Source: an uncultured Acidimicrobiia bacterium (lineage in GTDB: Bacteria; Actinomycetota; Acidimicrobiia; Spongiisociales; UBA5794). Taken from it: a stretch of 64,000 nucleotides of DNA. Shown piece after piece: positions 31,634 to 41,992 of this stretch (position 1 is its first letter; each line of letters begins with the position of its first letter). Where the stretch lies: assembly GCA_963759175.1 (NCBI GenBank), contig CAVWXP010000007.1, positions 148,844 to 212,843 on the forward strand. Direction: 5' to 3'. Below the pieces are notes generated by a model. That model was given only the letters and a program-made list of their open reading frames with translations. It did not search any database and had not been told where the DNA came from. The position numbers were made by a program, and so were the translations under genes.

Positions 31634-31736
31634 GGGTGGGAGATTAGGCGACGTCGCGCCATCTGCCCATTCACCCCGGACGCGGATGAGCGCCGGGATC
31701 ATCCGGCGCTCATCGATGGGGTCCGGGAGGGCGGAC

Positions 31737-31934
31737 TCAGACGTCGGACTTGACGATCCTGCCGCGCAGGCGGGGGTACTTGGTGGGTGCGTGGGCGTAG
31801 CACCATTCCCGCCGGTTGTACTGCGAGAGCTTGGTGGCGCAACCCTTCTCGGCGCATTGGCGCTGACCCGCATAGGTCTTGGGTGCACGGGAGGCGCCAG
31901 TGAACTTGCGCCCCTTGAGTGATGAATCCTGCAT
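31737..31934 (-). CDS. small basic CxxxxC...CxxH zinc-ribbon-like protein
   Basis: 65 aa: QCAEKGCATKLSQYNRREWCYAH; lies just downstream of rshA. Confidence 0.45.
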   Translation of the reverse strand: MQDSSLKGRKFTGASRAPKTYAGQRQCAEKGCATKLSQYNRREWCYAHAPTKYPRLRGRIVKSDV

Positions 31935-31968
31935 GTGCTGGCCTCCATTGGGTTCCGTGGACCCGCGG

Positions 31969-32217
31969 TCAGCAGCCAGGGTCCCCGTCGTTGCGTTCTT
32001 GGTGTATCAACGCTCGGATGTGGTCGAAAAGTTCCGCGGGTGGCTCGGTTTTTCCGCCGGCGGCGATTCGCGCCTTGAGGGCACGCTCGAAGTCGAACGC
32101 GTTGTGGCACTTCCCACACCGCTTGAGGTGCACCGTGATGCGGGCGCGACGGGTGACCGTGATCTCCTCATCGATGTACTGGTAGACGTACTCGACGGCG
32201 TGTTCACATCCGTTCAT
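31969..32217 (-). CDS. rshA: zinc-associated anti-sigma factor (RshA/RsrA, ZAS family)
   Basis: ZAS motif HLKRCGKCH (HxxxCxxC) plus an N-terminal Cys; 4-nt overlap with the sigma factor gene. Confidence 0.8.
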   Translation of the reverse strand: MNGCEHAVEYVYQYIDEEITVTRRARITVHLKRCGKCHNAFDFERALKARIAAGGKTEPPAELFDHIRALIHQERNDGDPGC

Positions 32218-32819
32218 GCGTCTGGCTCCACGAGTCCATGTTCAACTGCCAAGTTCCACAACTTCCGCTGGAGCGCTTTTCTTCCCCGATGGAGCCGCGA
32301 CATCACCGTGCCGATCGGGATGTCGAGGATCTCGGCGATCTCCTTGTAGGAGAATCCCTCGACATCGGCGTACAGGACAGGGAGCCGGAAGTTCTCAGGC
32401 AGCGACTCGATGGCGTCGACGATGTCCTCGTCGACGAACATGTCGAGGGCGGTCGATTCGGCGCTCTCCGTCGCTCCCGACGACTCCCCCAGCCGTTTGT
32501 ACAGGTACAGGTCCTGGAGTTCGCCCAGCTCGACCTCGTTGGGGCGCCGTTGGGCTTTGCGGTATTTGTTGATGTAGGTGTTGGTGAGGATGCGGTAGAG
32601 CCAGGCCTTGAGGTTCGTGCCCTCGGTGAACGAGTCATAGGCCCGGTATGCCTTGAGGAAGGTCTCCTGGACGACGTCCTCGGCATCGGCGGGGTTGCGC
32701 GTCATCCGCAACGCAGCGGAATACAGCTGCGGGGCGAACTCCATCGCGTCGCGCTCGAAGTCGGCCTGATCTGCCATGGCCGCGAGGGTAACGATCGTGG
32801 GTTCCCACGGCCGACCCAT
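32214..32819 (-). CDS. sigH: ECF-type RNA polymerase sigma factor SigH/SigR
   Basis: Region 2 ([14 protein letters not shown]...AWLYRILTN) and region 4 ([26 protein letters not shown]). Confidence 0.9.
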   Translation of the reverse strand: MGRPWEPTIVTLAAMADQADFERDAMEFAPQLYSAALRMTRNPADAEDVVQETFLKAYRAYDSFTEGTNLKAWLYRILTNTYINKYRKAQRRPNEVELGELQDLYLYKRLGESSGATESAESTALDMFVDEDIVDAIESLPENFRLPVLYADVEGFSYKEIAEILDIPIGTVMSRLHRGRKALQRKLWNLAVEHGLVEPDA

Positions 32820-32870
32820 GTCGCCGGCGGCTCAGCGGGATCTGTCACACCCCGTCGATACGGTGACGCC

Positions 32871-33137
32871 ATGACCACCCACGAAGTCCTCACCTCGCTG
32901 TTCTGGCTGGTGCTGCTCGGCTACGGCGCCTACCTCGGCTGGTTCGCATACCGCTCGGTCCACCGATCACGATCGGATGCGATGACCGAAGCACGTGCCC
33001 GACATCCGAGCGCTTCGAAGCCATCGGTCCACGAGATCTTCGAGGTCGATCACCGACCTCCGTCTCGGTCCTTCGTGGTCGACACATCGAGCGGAGAACC
33101 CCAACCGGCCACCCGAACCGAAGATGCCACCCGCTAG
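32871..33137 (+). CDS. small membrane protein (hypothetical)
   Basis: ATG followed by a TM helix LTSLFWLVLLGYGAYLGWFAY; divergent from sigH. Only the C-terminal part of the long track ORF looks real. Confidence 0.3.
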   Translation: MTTHEVLTSLFWLVLLGYGAYLGWFAYRSVHRSRSDAMTEARARHPSASKPSVHEIFEVDHRPPSRSFVVDTSSGEPQPATRTEDATR

Positions 33138-36109
33138 GTCCCGCGGAGCAGGAACTCGGTGGCATCCTCGATGGTCATCGCAGCACCGTCTTCGACGAGT
33201 TGCCGATATCGCTCCTCGCCGAGTGCGCTGATCGACGCATCGATCCCTGGTTGGAGCTGGCGGTCGTAGAACGGAGCCCTCACCATGACGAAGTGGGCAT
33301 CGCCGGCACCGTGGAGGATCGCCGCCCGCTCGGGGTCGCCGGAGAGGCCCTCGAAGAGGCCGGCCTGCAGGAATGCCATGCCCGAAGCCACGGTCGACCC
33401 CGTCTCGATTGCTGCCCGCGCCGACAGCCGGTTCGCTCCGATGGCGCGCTCTCGTTCGCCCGCCTCCCAGACGCTGAAGGCGAGGTTGTGCAGCGCCGTG
33501 GGCCGTATGAGCGGATCGGCGCCGGGCCTGTTGGAGAGCTCGATGCTCTCCTCCGCGTAGCGCAGCTTGGCGTCGATGCCGGGATCACCGACGTTCGGGA
33601 TGAACATGTTGGCGTGTACCTGCCCGAAGGTGTCCCCGACGGTGATGAACCTGCGTCTCCCCTCCTCGAGCATGTGGCGCACCTCCTCACTCTCGTCGCC
33701 ACCCCATAACCGCGCCTGACCGAGCAGCGTGAGTGGCCACGCCGTCCCCTCGCCGTACCCGATGCGCTCACACGTCTCGAGGCTCTCGGAGAGCAGGGCC
33801 AGCGCGGTCGGGACATCGCCGACGGAGAACGCGAGGTGACCGCGCCGCGCCAGCGCGTAGGCCAGGCCCTGCTCGTCTCCCATCGTGCGGTAGATCTCCA
33901 TCGCTTCGTCGGCCCAAGCGATGGCCTGGTCGTATCGGGTGACGAACATGAGCAGGAAGGAGCCAGCAGCAAGCGCATCCGCTCGCGCCGGCGAGGCACT
34001 TCCGGTGGTGGCGACGACGAGGCGCTCGAATCCACCGATGCCAGCACCGAGGTTTCCCGAGAACAGCCAGACATGGCCGAGGGCCCATGCCATCTCCAGG
34101 GCGGCATCTCGATCATGGACGAGGAAACGATCGAATGCGCCTTCGTAGTCGGCCATCTCGGCCTCGATGCCGCGACATGCCTCGGGCCGACCACTGCCGA
34201 AGAAGGCGCCGCGCAACTCCCCGCACCGGATCCGATAGTGCTCGTCGTGGCGATCGATGGCACCCTGCCATCGGTCCGATTCGTCCAGGTGCACCCTTGC
34301 GTACATACGAGTCGACTCGAGCATGCGGTATCGCGAGACATCACCGGCAACCATCTGAACCAACGAGGCGGTGACGAGGCGCCGCAGAACCTCGAAGGTG
34401 TCGATCTCCGCAGGGCTCTGGAGCACCGCCGATGCGGAAGCTGCGCTGAATGGGCCCTCGAACACCCCGAGCACATCGAACGCCAGCTGGTCATCGGGTG
34501 CAAGAAGGTCTCGGCTCCAGTCGATGGAGGCTTCGAGCGACCGATGAAAGGCTCTATCCGCGTGGTCGCCGGCGAGAAGTCGGAAACGGTCATCCAGGTG
34601 CTGGGCGATCTCACTGGGCGACAGGGTGTCGACCCGGGCCGCTGCGAGTTCGATCGCAAGCGGCAGGCCGTCGAGGTGCCGGCAGATGCTCGAGACATCC
34701 GTGCGGTTCGATTCCCCGAGCGCGAATCCCGGCTGCACCGCCCCGGCACGGATTGCGAAGAGTGCTTCCGCGTCTCCCGGCCCCACGTCCTCGGAGGACG
34801 TGGCGAGACCCGATGATCGGTAGCCTGGACCTCCCCGGTGACGTCAAGGGTCGTCGGCTCGTCGCCACGATCCACACATCCGCCGCCGCCTCGAGGAGGC
34901 GTGTCGCCAGTTCGCCGACCGCATCGACAACCTGCTCACAGTTGTCGATGAGGACGAGCGCGGTCCTGCGTTCGCAGGTGCGCAGCGATCGGTTGCGGAC
35001 GGATCGACATCTGGGCGATCCAGCAACCCCCAGCGTCGATGCGACGGCCCGACCAACGCCGTCTCCGGCGCCGACAGGTGCGAGGTCGACAAACCAGATC
35101 CCATCCGGGTATCGACTGGCGACTCGTCGAGCGGCCTCGATCGCCAGCCGCGTCTTGCCTGCTCCACCTGGGCCGATCACGGTGACGAGCCGGTTCCCAC
35201 TCATCAGGCGTTCGAGTCGATCGAGTTCAGCGGCCCGGCCGACGAAGCTGCTCACCGGTGCAGGGAGGTTGGTCGGCGGCGTGGACCCGGCTTCGAGGGA
35301 GGGATCCTGGAGGAGGATGCGTTCCTCGAGCCGGGAGACCGATGGAGAGGCCTGGATGCCGAGGTCCTCTGCGAGCATCCGACGCAATCGGTTCAGGGAG
35401 CGAAGCGCCTCCGTTTGGCGACCGGCTCGGTACAGGACGCGTGCGAGCAGCTCCCACAGGCGTTCTCGGTAGGGGTGCTCGACGGTCAGCATCTCGACAC
35501 CACCGATCTCGGGCGTGCCGCCAAGGTCGAGCTCGGCCCCGATCCGGTCCTCGATTGCGCGGAGCCGGAGTTCCTCCAGCCTGGCGACCTCGGGCGAGAT
35601 GGAGGGAAGGTCCTCGAGGCCATCGTATGGCCGGCCTCGCCACCATGCCAACGACTGGTCGATGAGGGTGAGGGCTGCCTCCGGGTCCGATCCGGCCATC
35701 CGATGTGCCTCGGCGAGGAGCGTGTCGAATTCGTCGGCGATGACCACATCATCATTCGACCGCCCCAAGCGATATCCGCCATCGGACCGCACGATGCGAT
35801 CGCGCCCGAGGATCCCTCGGAGGTTCGAGACGTAGGTGTAGAGCGAGTCCCGTGCGCCGTCTCGGTGGACCGATCCCCCCAGATCTCGGTGACCATCCGA
35901 TCAGCATCGACCTCCCGGCCCGGGTCGAGGAGGAGCAGGGCGAGCACCGATCGCTGCCGCGGGCCACCGAGCGGGAGCGACGAAGGACCGTCCCTGACCT
36001 CCAACGGACCCAAGCACCGAGAATTGCATCGCAACGTCGAGTCTACGGGCACGGATACACGTGCGAAGGCCCGCCGTCCCAGCGATCGGCGAACCTTCGC
36101 TCCATGCAT
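33134..36109 (-). pseudogene. SARP/AfsR-family regulator (OmpR-type wHTH, BTAD, NB-ARC, TPR) disrupted by two frameshifts
   Basis: The wHTH LRCNSRCLGPLEVRDGP...VLALLLL...TEIWGD sits in one frame. BTAD plus the P-loop VIGPGGAGKTRLA and LVLIDNCEQVVD sit in a second. GLPLAIELAAARV plus the TPR region sit in a third. Shifts are near 35800-35870 and 34700-34790. Confidence 0.6.
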
Positions 36110-36151
36110 GTTCCCTCGCTGTGCCTGTCGTCGATCTGGCGCCTCCCTCGG

Positions 36152-36652
36152 CTAGCCGGAAACGGATGTCCAGCCGGTCTCGGCGATCTTGAGCTCGCCA
36201 GAGCGCGTCACGATCTCGAACGTGAGTGCCGATGCGGCCGACGACACCCCCTCCCCGAGTGTGTTGCGCACGCCGAGCGTCACGACATATCGGCCTTCGG
36301 GCTCGGCAACCACCAGGTACGGTCCGGCGATCCGCTCAGAGGTCCAACTGCCATTGCTGAAGTGTGCGGTGAGAGCATCGCCCAGGATCTTCTGATCGCC
36401 GTAGAGGTGATATCCGCTCGGCAGGTAGAGGTCGCTGACCGAGCCATCTCCACGTTCGTTGGCGGCCCACCACTCCTCGATCACAACCGCCACGTCGGCA
36501 GGCAACTCGGCTCCCGTGTCGATCAGCCTCTGCTCGACGGCGGCGAGTTCGGCCTCGAGATCCTGGTATTCGTCGGATTCGGTCACGTCCCCGGCGCATG
36601 CACCTGCGATCAGAGCCAGCACCAGGGTCATCATGATCATGGTCTTGCGCAT
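36152..36652 (-). CDS. NTF2-like (SnoaL-like) lipoprotein
   Basis: MRKTMIMMTLVLALIAGAC lipobox; 166 aa; the start is the internal ATG of the track ORF. Confidence 0.55.
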   Translation of the reverse strand: MRKTMIMMTLVLALIAGACAGDVTESDEYQDLEAELAAVEQRLIDTGAELPADVAVVIEEWWAANERGDGSVSDLYLPSGYHLYGDQKILGDALTAHFSNGSWTSERIAGPYLVVAEPEGRYVVTLGVRNTLGEGVSSAASALTFEIVTRSGELKIAETGWTSVSG

Positions 36653-36764
36653 GATGACCTCCTTTCCCTGACAGCGTCCGACACCGACCTCAAGGGATTC
36701 CAAAGTGGGCCGGACGTGAAGGAGGGAGCCCCGAGCGGGACTCCCCCACATCAGCGATCCGAGT

Positions 36765-37313
36765 TCAGCGCTTCGCCCTCCGATGCGACGCGTCGTAGAT
36801 GATCGATCCATGCCCGTCGATCTCCATGTATCCCGTAGCCAGGTCCAGCGACCCGACTTCATCGATCGTCCCGGTCGCTCCCGAGAAACGGCCGGTACCA
36901 CCCGTGATGATCAAGGTCTCGGCGAACGACGTCTCACCGGTCATGAACCCGTCATAGGTCCCGAACAGCTGGTCGCCGTTCGCTGCCGTGATGACGAGAT
37001 CGGCATCACCGAACGTGCCTGTGTCGAGCTGGAAGCAGTGCTCGGTCGTCCACGTGACCCGGCCGAGGTGGCTGATCTTGCCGGTTCCGACGCTCGTGCT
37101 GATCCACTGCGACGGCTCACTGCATCGATCACCGAACGTGTCCCCGTCGGGGAATGTCGGCGAGTACACCATCGAAACGGTGTATCCGGACAGGTCCTCG
37201 CGGATCGGTCGCTCGATCGCCTGTCCCGCAAACGCCGGTATGGCGAGGGCGAGCAGGGCGACCACGACGAGCACCACGGTGACCGTACGTGTGTGGGTGC
37301 GTGCCATGCGCAC
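36765..37313 (-). CDS. secreted hypothetical protein (beta-rich, 2 Cys)
   Basis: Signal peptide MRMARTHTRTVTVVLVVVALLALAIPAFA; 182 aa. Confidence 0.5.
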   Translation of the reverse strand: MRMARTHTRTVTVVLVVVALLALAIPAFAGQAIERPIREDLSGYTVSMVYSPTFPDGDTFGDRCSEPSQWISTSVGTGKISHLGRVTWTTEHCFQLDTGTFGDADLVITAANGDQLFGTYDGFMTGETSFAETLIITGGTGRFSGATGTIDEVGSLDLATGYMEIDGHGSIIYDASHRRAKR

Positions 37314-37386
37314 CTCCTTTCCTCCTCGAAGGATGCGACGGACACCTCAAGGGGAACCAAAGGGATCGGCTGAGGTTGCCCGGGCC

Positions 37387-39228
37387 TCAGTACGCGGTGG
37401 TACGGATCACGGGCTGAAAGAGCGCGGTGCGCTGGGCACAAGCCTCCGCGGCGACGCACTCGCCGCACCGGGGATCCTCCACTTCCACGCAGACCTTCCT
37501 GGCGTTGCTGAAGAAGAACCCGTCGACGGCGGCCTGAGTGAGTCCCGACTCCTCGACGAGTGACTGGATCGCGTCGTAGCAGGCAGCCCGGATCTCCTCC
37601 TCCTCGGCCTCGTCGACCCACCCCCGCCGTTCGACCCGCCGTCGTAGATCGTCATCGAGGATCTCGACGCACCCGGTTCGCAGGCAGCTCCTCATCAGGT
37701 GGTAGTCGACGATGGGCGTGATGGATTCGGGATCACGCACGTCGAGGAATCGTTCAGGACGGTTTGCGAGGATGATCGCCAGCAGGTTGGCTTTCTTGGC
37801 GAGTGGGTCCTCCCCGTAGCCAGGGAGGTTGGCGAGCCGTTGGAGGAGCGCAGCCGCGGGCCGGTCCGCACGATTGGCCTCAGCGAGGATCGCCCCGAAG
37901 CCCCCAGATGTGGCGATGGCCTCTGCGTACCGCAGCTGGAGGACTCGATGCGTCTCGATCGACGGAACAGGGCACGAACCCGAATCGTCTGCGCAGATGG
38001 CATCGAAGAGCAGGGACTCGGATGCCGCGCGGGCAGGGTCGAGTATCGAGGGATCCTTCGTGGCTGCGCGAGTGAAGGCCTGCCAGATGTAGTCCGATCC
38101 CTTGAAGCTGCGGCCACCGGCGGTGCCATACATCGGTTCTGACCATCCCTCGACGGACGAGTTCCAGAACCCGTACTGGTGGAGGGTTGCCATGGCGAAC
38201 ATCTCCACGGCCCACGGCACCCCGCCCTGCGGGAACGGGAACCCGCAGAAGTCGAGGGATGCCTCCGTCGCCTCATCGGCGAGCATGGCCGCGACGCCTG
38301 CGATCCGTTCGGGGTCGCGCCGCACCCTCGGACCGACCGAGGCAGCCACTCGTGCGACGAGCTCCGTCGAGCCGTAGCCGGAGAGGGCTGTTCGTGCGGC
38401 CTCGCCGGCCGACACGATCGGATCGGTCCCGCGCAACCATCCGGCGAGGTAGCCGCCGCAGAAAGCGTCGCCCGCCCCGGTCGGATCGACCACCGCCACC
38501 GTAGGCGCGAGATGGTGGCTGGCGTTCCCGCCATCATGGACGGTCGCTCCACGGCTGCCGTCGGTGACGACGAACACCGGCCGGGGCGGCGGCCCGTTGG
38601 GCAAGAGGTCGCTGAACTCCGCCGCATTGAGGAAGAGGATCTCGACCTCGCTCACGAGCGAGCGAGCAGCATCTCGATCCTCGTCGAGATCGGCGTGGAA
38701 GCTGCCGATTGACAGCGAGCCGGAGAAGCCACGCCTCCGGATGGCCTCAGCGAACTCGAGTTGGCGATGGGACGATGCACCGAGGGGACCGATGTGGACG
38801 TGACGAGCCTCGAGCCATGGGTAGGGCACGTCGTCAGCTTGCAGGGTGAGCTCGATCGACACGTCGGCATCGAGGTACACGGCGATCTGGAGGTCGTCGT
38901 AGGCGATGTGAAAGGACGCGATCGGGCCATCCCTGACGACGAGGCCCGCCCGTCGGATGCCGCCCGGTCCGAATGCGGCCCCGATCTCCCGAGGGAGGTG
39001 GGTGGGAATCGCTGCCACCAGACCCACATCGATCCCGCCGGCACGAGCAGCCAACGCCGTGTTGAACCCGGCCCCACCCGGAGCGCGAACATCGCCTTCC
39101 GGGCCGACGAGCCGATCCATCGACGGGCATCCGACGACGACGAGTTCGGGTGTGGAGAAGGTGCGACCCACGGCGAGCACGTTACTCGTACGCCGGTCCC
39201 GGTCCGTTCGAATAGGATCGCACCACAC
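37387..39228 (-). CDS. PfkB-family ribokinase-like kinase fused to a roughly 300 aa C-terminal domain of unknown function
   Basis: N-terminal GG motif (GGAGFNTALAAARAGG) and PfkB signature DPTGAGDAFCGGYLAGW. The C-terminal half (FCGFPFPQGG...VDYHLMRSCLRTGC...EDPRCGECVAAEAC) has no motif I can place. The exact start is uncertain and may be a few codons inside the track ORF. Confidence 0.7.
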   Translation of the reverse strand: MWCDPIRTDRDRRTSNVLAVGRTFSTPELVVVGCPSMDRLVGPEGDVRAPGGAGFNTALAARAGGIDVGLVAAIPTHLPREIGAAFGPGGIRRAGLVVRDGPIASFHIAYDDLQIAVYLDADVSIELTLQADDVPYPWLEARHVHIGPLGASSHRQLEFAEAIRRRGFSGSLSIGSFHADLDEDRDAARSLVSEVEILFLNAAEFSDLLPNGPPPRPVFVVTDGSRGATVHDGGNASHHLAPTVAVVDPTGAGDAFCGGYLAGWLRGTDPIVSAGEAARTALSGYGSTELVARVAASVGPRVRRDPERIAGVAAMLADEATEASLDFCGFPFPQGGVPWAVEMFAMATLHQYGFWNSSVEGWSEPMYGTAGGRSFKGSDYIWQAFTRAATKDPSILDPARAASESLLFDAICADDSGSCPVPSIETHRVLQLRYAEAIATSGGFGAILAEANRADRPAAALLQRLANLPGYGEDPLAKKANLLAIILANRPERFLDVRDPESITPIVDYHLMRSCLRTGCVEILDDDLRRRVERRGWVDEAEEEEIRAACYDAIQSLVEESGLTQAAVDGFFFSNARKVCVEVEDPRCGECVAAEACAQRTALFQPVIRTTAY

Positions 39229-39243
39229 GGACGAGGGGGGACA

Positions 39244-41085
39244 GTGGGTCGTCGGTCACGAAGGGCGCTCGGTGCATCGCTGCTCCTGCTCATCGTCGCT
39301 CTGCTCGTGTCGGCTTGCACCGGAGGCGGAACAGAGACCACTTCGACGGCGATCGCCTCGACGTCGACCACCACAGTGGCCCCGGACACGACGACGACCA
39401 CGACGACCACCGCCCCCGAAGCGACACCAGCGGAGATCGACCTATCGCCCGGACTCATGGTCTTCGGAGCCGTCCCGCCGCAGCCGTCGTGGGAAGTCGG
39501 CAACATCTACTTCCCTGATGGGTCGACCGACTACTGGAACCTCTTCACCGAAAGCGCTGCGTGGGAGGAGGCACGGTCCAACATCGGGGCGTTCAAGATC
39601 CACAGCTGGATGGCCAGGGTCTTCTTCTCCGACGAGCAGATCATCACGCTCACCGACTACCTCGACAGCCACGGCATCCCACTCATGGTCGAGGCCGAGC
39701 CACTCACCCCGCCGACCACCTGTCGGCACACCGAGTCCTTCGAGGGTCCGTACGAACTCGAGGGCGCTCGGCGCATCAAAGCACTCGGGGGCACCATCGG
39801 CGCCGTGGTCATCGAGCAGCCGTATACCTACGGGTACAAGAACGACGGGCCTGGCTCGTGCCAATACCCGCTCGAGCGAGTCATCGACGAGGTCGTCGCC
39901 TGGGTGGAGGACATGCGCGAGATCTTCCCCGGTGTCCCGGTGGGGAGCATCGAGGGAGTGTGGCAGTCGCCGGCCACGACGCCCGAGGACATGGCGACCT
40001 GGCTCGACGCCTACGAGGCGGCGATGGGTGAACCGTTCGCCTTCCTCCACATGGACGTCGACTGGCGACGGAGCGACTGGACGGACATCGTGCGTGGCAT
40101 CGAGGAGGTCGCCGAAGCCAGGGGGGTGCCCTTCGGGCTCCTCTACAACGGCACCTTCGCCGACACCGACAGCGACGGCTGGATCCAGCAAGCCATCGAG
40201 CGGGTCGCAGAGTACGAGCAGGCCGCCGGTGGGACACCCGACCACGTCGTCTTCCAGTCGTGGGAGGACTGGCCAGACACGGTGCTGCCGGAGACCTCGA
40301 CCTCGGCATTCACCCACCTCGTCAACCGGTATCACGGCACGCGGACAGCGCTGACCGATCCAGCCATCGCCGAATCAGACGGGCAGCGGGTCATCGAGGG
40401 CATCGTCACGGACGCGTCGACGGGCATCGGCTTGGCGGGTCTGCCAGTGACGGTGTCGGCCACACCGATGACCGGCATGATCCAGGATGTGACGATCACC
40501 GGCGAGGTTCCGGCTGGTGTGAAGGAAGCGCTCATCCTGCTGCGCGTCAACGCCGAGGACGCCGGGCCTGGCACCCTCGATGCCGAGATCTCCACGATCA
40601 GCTTCACCGAGGCGGACGACAGCACCAATCTCGTGCCCAACGGCGACATCTCGGGTGGTTCGAACTGGGAGGTCTACAACACCCGAGGCGATGTCCGTTT
40701 CGGCACGGGGACTGACGGTGAATCCGCCATGATCCTCGACGCCGAGGAGGGACAGACGATCCTGATCGACGGCGGCCGCTTCCCGACCACCCCCGGTGCG
40801 ACCTACGAATTCACGGTCCGGATGCGCTCGACGTGGAACCCGGGAGCACCTGCTGCGGGCTACGTCGGCATCGCCTTCTTCAAAGGCGGCACCGAGGTGG
40901 AGCGTCGAATCGTCCGCATCGAACCGATCCCTTTCGTCACCGGGACAGCCACCACCGACGGAGGGGGTCACTACGCGGTCACCCTCGACGGCGCCGCGCC
41001 CGATTCGGTGTATCTGGTGACGGCACATACCCCCGGCGACCTCAGCACGTGGCCGTCGAAGGTGACGACGATCGTCGGCGGCTGA
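39244..41085 (+). CDS. lipoprotein with a glycoside-hydrolase-like domain and a C-terminal CBM4/9-like carbohydrate-binding module
   Basis: In-frame GTG start; signal plus lipobox LLVSAC; poly-Thr linker; C-terminal NLVPNGDISGGSNWEVY...ATYEFTVRMRS typical of CBM4_9. The long N-terminal part of the track ORF overlaps the PfkB gene and is spurious. Confidence 0.65.
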   Translation: MGRRSRRALGASLLLLIVALLVSACTGGGTETTSTAIASTSTTTVAPDTTTTTTTTAPEATPAEIDLSPGLMVFGAVPPQPSWEVGNIYFPDGSTDYWNLFTESAAWEEARSNIGAFKIHSWMARVFFSDEQIITLTDYLDSHGIPLMVEAEPLTPPTTCRHTESFEGPYELEGARRIKALGGTIGAVVIEQPYTYGYKNDGPGSCQYPLERVIDEVVAWVEDMREIFPGVPVGSIEGVWQSPATTPEDMATWLDAYEAAMGEPFAFLHMDVDWRRSDWTDIVRGIEEVAEARGVPFGLLYNGTFADTDSDGWIQQAIERVAEYEQAAGGTPDHVVFQSWEDWPDTVLPETSTSAFTHLVNRYHGTRTALTDPAIAESDGQRVIEGIVTDASTGIGLAGLPVTVSATPMTGMIQDVTITGEVPAGVKEALILLRVNAEDAGPGTLDAEISTISFTEADDSTNLVPNGDISGGSNWEVYNTRGDVRFGTGTDGESAMILDAEEGQTILIDGGRFPTTPGATYEFTVRMRSTWNPGAPAAGYVGIAFFKGGTEVERRIVRIEPIPFVTGTATTDGGGHYAVTLDGAAPDSVYLVTAHTPGDLSTWPSKVTTIVGG

Positions 41086-41176
41086 CCCTCTGACACCCAC
41101 GATGCTTCGAGCGTTCGGGTATCCGGACGACGTTGGGCACTGTCGGCTCGACATCACCACCCGACGCCAGGCCCGA

Positions 41177-41656
41177 TCAGAGGGGGTGTGACTCGGCCAG
41201 CGGTGGACCGACGACGTCCATCCAGTTCCTCTCGGCGATCTCCCGATAGCGGTCGGGATCGACCGGTCCCGACGGGAGGAGGGCGTGCTCTTCGAAGAAA
41301 CGCTCCATGCCCGAGGGGGTGAACATGACCAGAATCCTCGAGGGCCGGTCTTCGAGGTTCTGGAAACAGTGTGCCGTGCCTCGGGGCACGAACACGAAGG
41401 CACCCTCGGGAGCCTCGACGATGCGGTCGTCGGCAATGAAGCGGAAACTCCCGTCGAGGACGTACCACATCTCATCCTCACGTCGATGGATGTGCCTCGG
41501 CGGACCCTGCTTCGCACCGATGACGTTCTCGAGGAACGTGAATGTCCCACCCGTGTTACCGGTGTGGGCAGTGATCGTCGTGGGGCCACCAGCCGGACCC
41601 TGGATCAACCTGCCCTCACCCCGTGGGACGACGAATGCTTCGACGGTACGGGACAT
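41177..41656 (-). CDS. cupin-domain protein
   Basis: Two cupin motifs (GPPRHIHRREDEMWYVLDG and FVFVPRGTAHCFQN); 159 aa. Confidence 0.75.
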   Translation of the reverse strand: MSRTVEAFVVPRGEGRLIQGPAGGPTTITAHTGNTGGTFTFLENVIGAKQGPPRHIHRREDEMWYVLDGSFRFIADDRIVEAPEGAFVFVPRGTAHCFQNLEDRPSRILVMFTPSGMERFFEEHALLPSGPVDPDRYREIAERNWMDVVGPPLAESHPL

Positions 41657-41992
41657 GGCGACCTCCTGGGTCCGGCGTTCTCCGGGATGGTCGACGCCGA
41701 GATCAGCGTACTTACATCCCTCTCACCGTGACGGACTCAGGTTGTGGTTCGGGTATCCAGACTGACACGTTGGACGCACAGTCGGCTCGAGATCGCCGAG
41801 AACGTAGGCGCCGCACGGCAAACCCTGTAGCAACCGCGACAGAAACGACGACTGAGACCACGATCGGACTGACCGAGGCGGGACCCCTTCAACCACCAAA
41901 CGCAGTTGAGGGTAGACGCAGAGTGGTTTCTTGCCTAACCTGCCCCCGGGCACGGTCAGGAAGGCTCCATCCAAACACGAGATGGAGGATGC

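Noticed and set aside
41657-41992. The 336-nt leader upstream of the SLH-repeat gene as a possible riboswitch or structured RNA (ydaO or c-di-GMP types often precede cell-wall genes).
   Set aside because: I could not recognise any known riboswitch consensus by eye. It needs an Rfam or Infernal scan before any claim.
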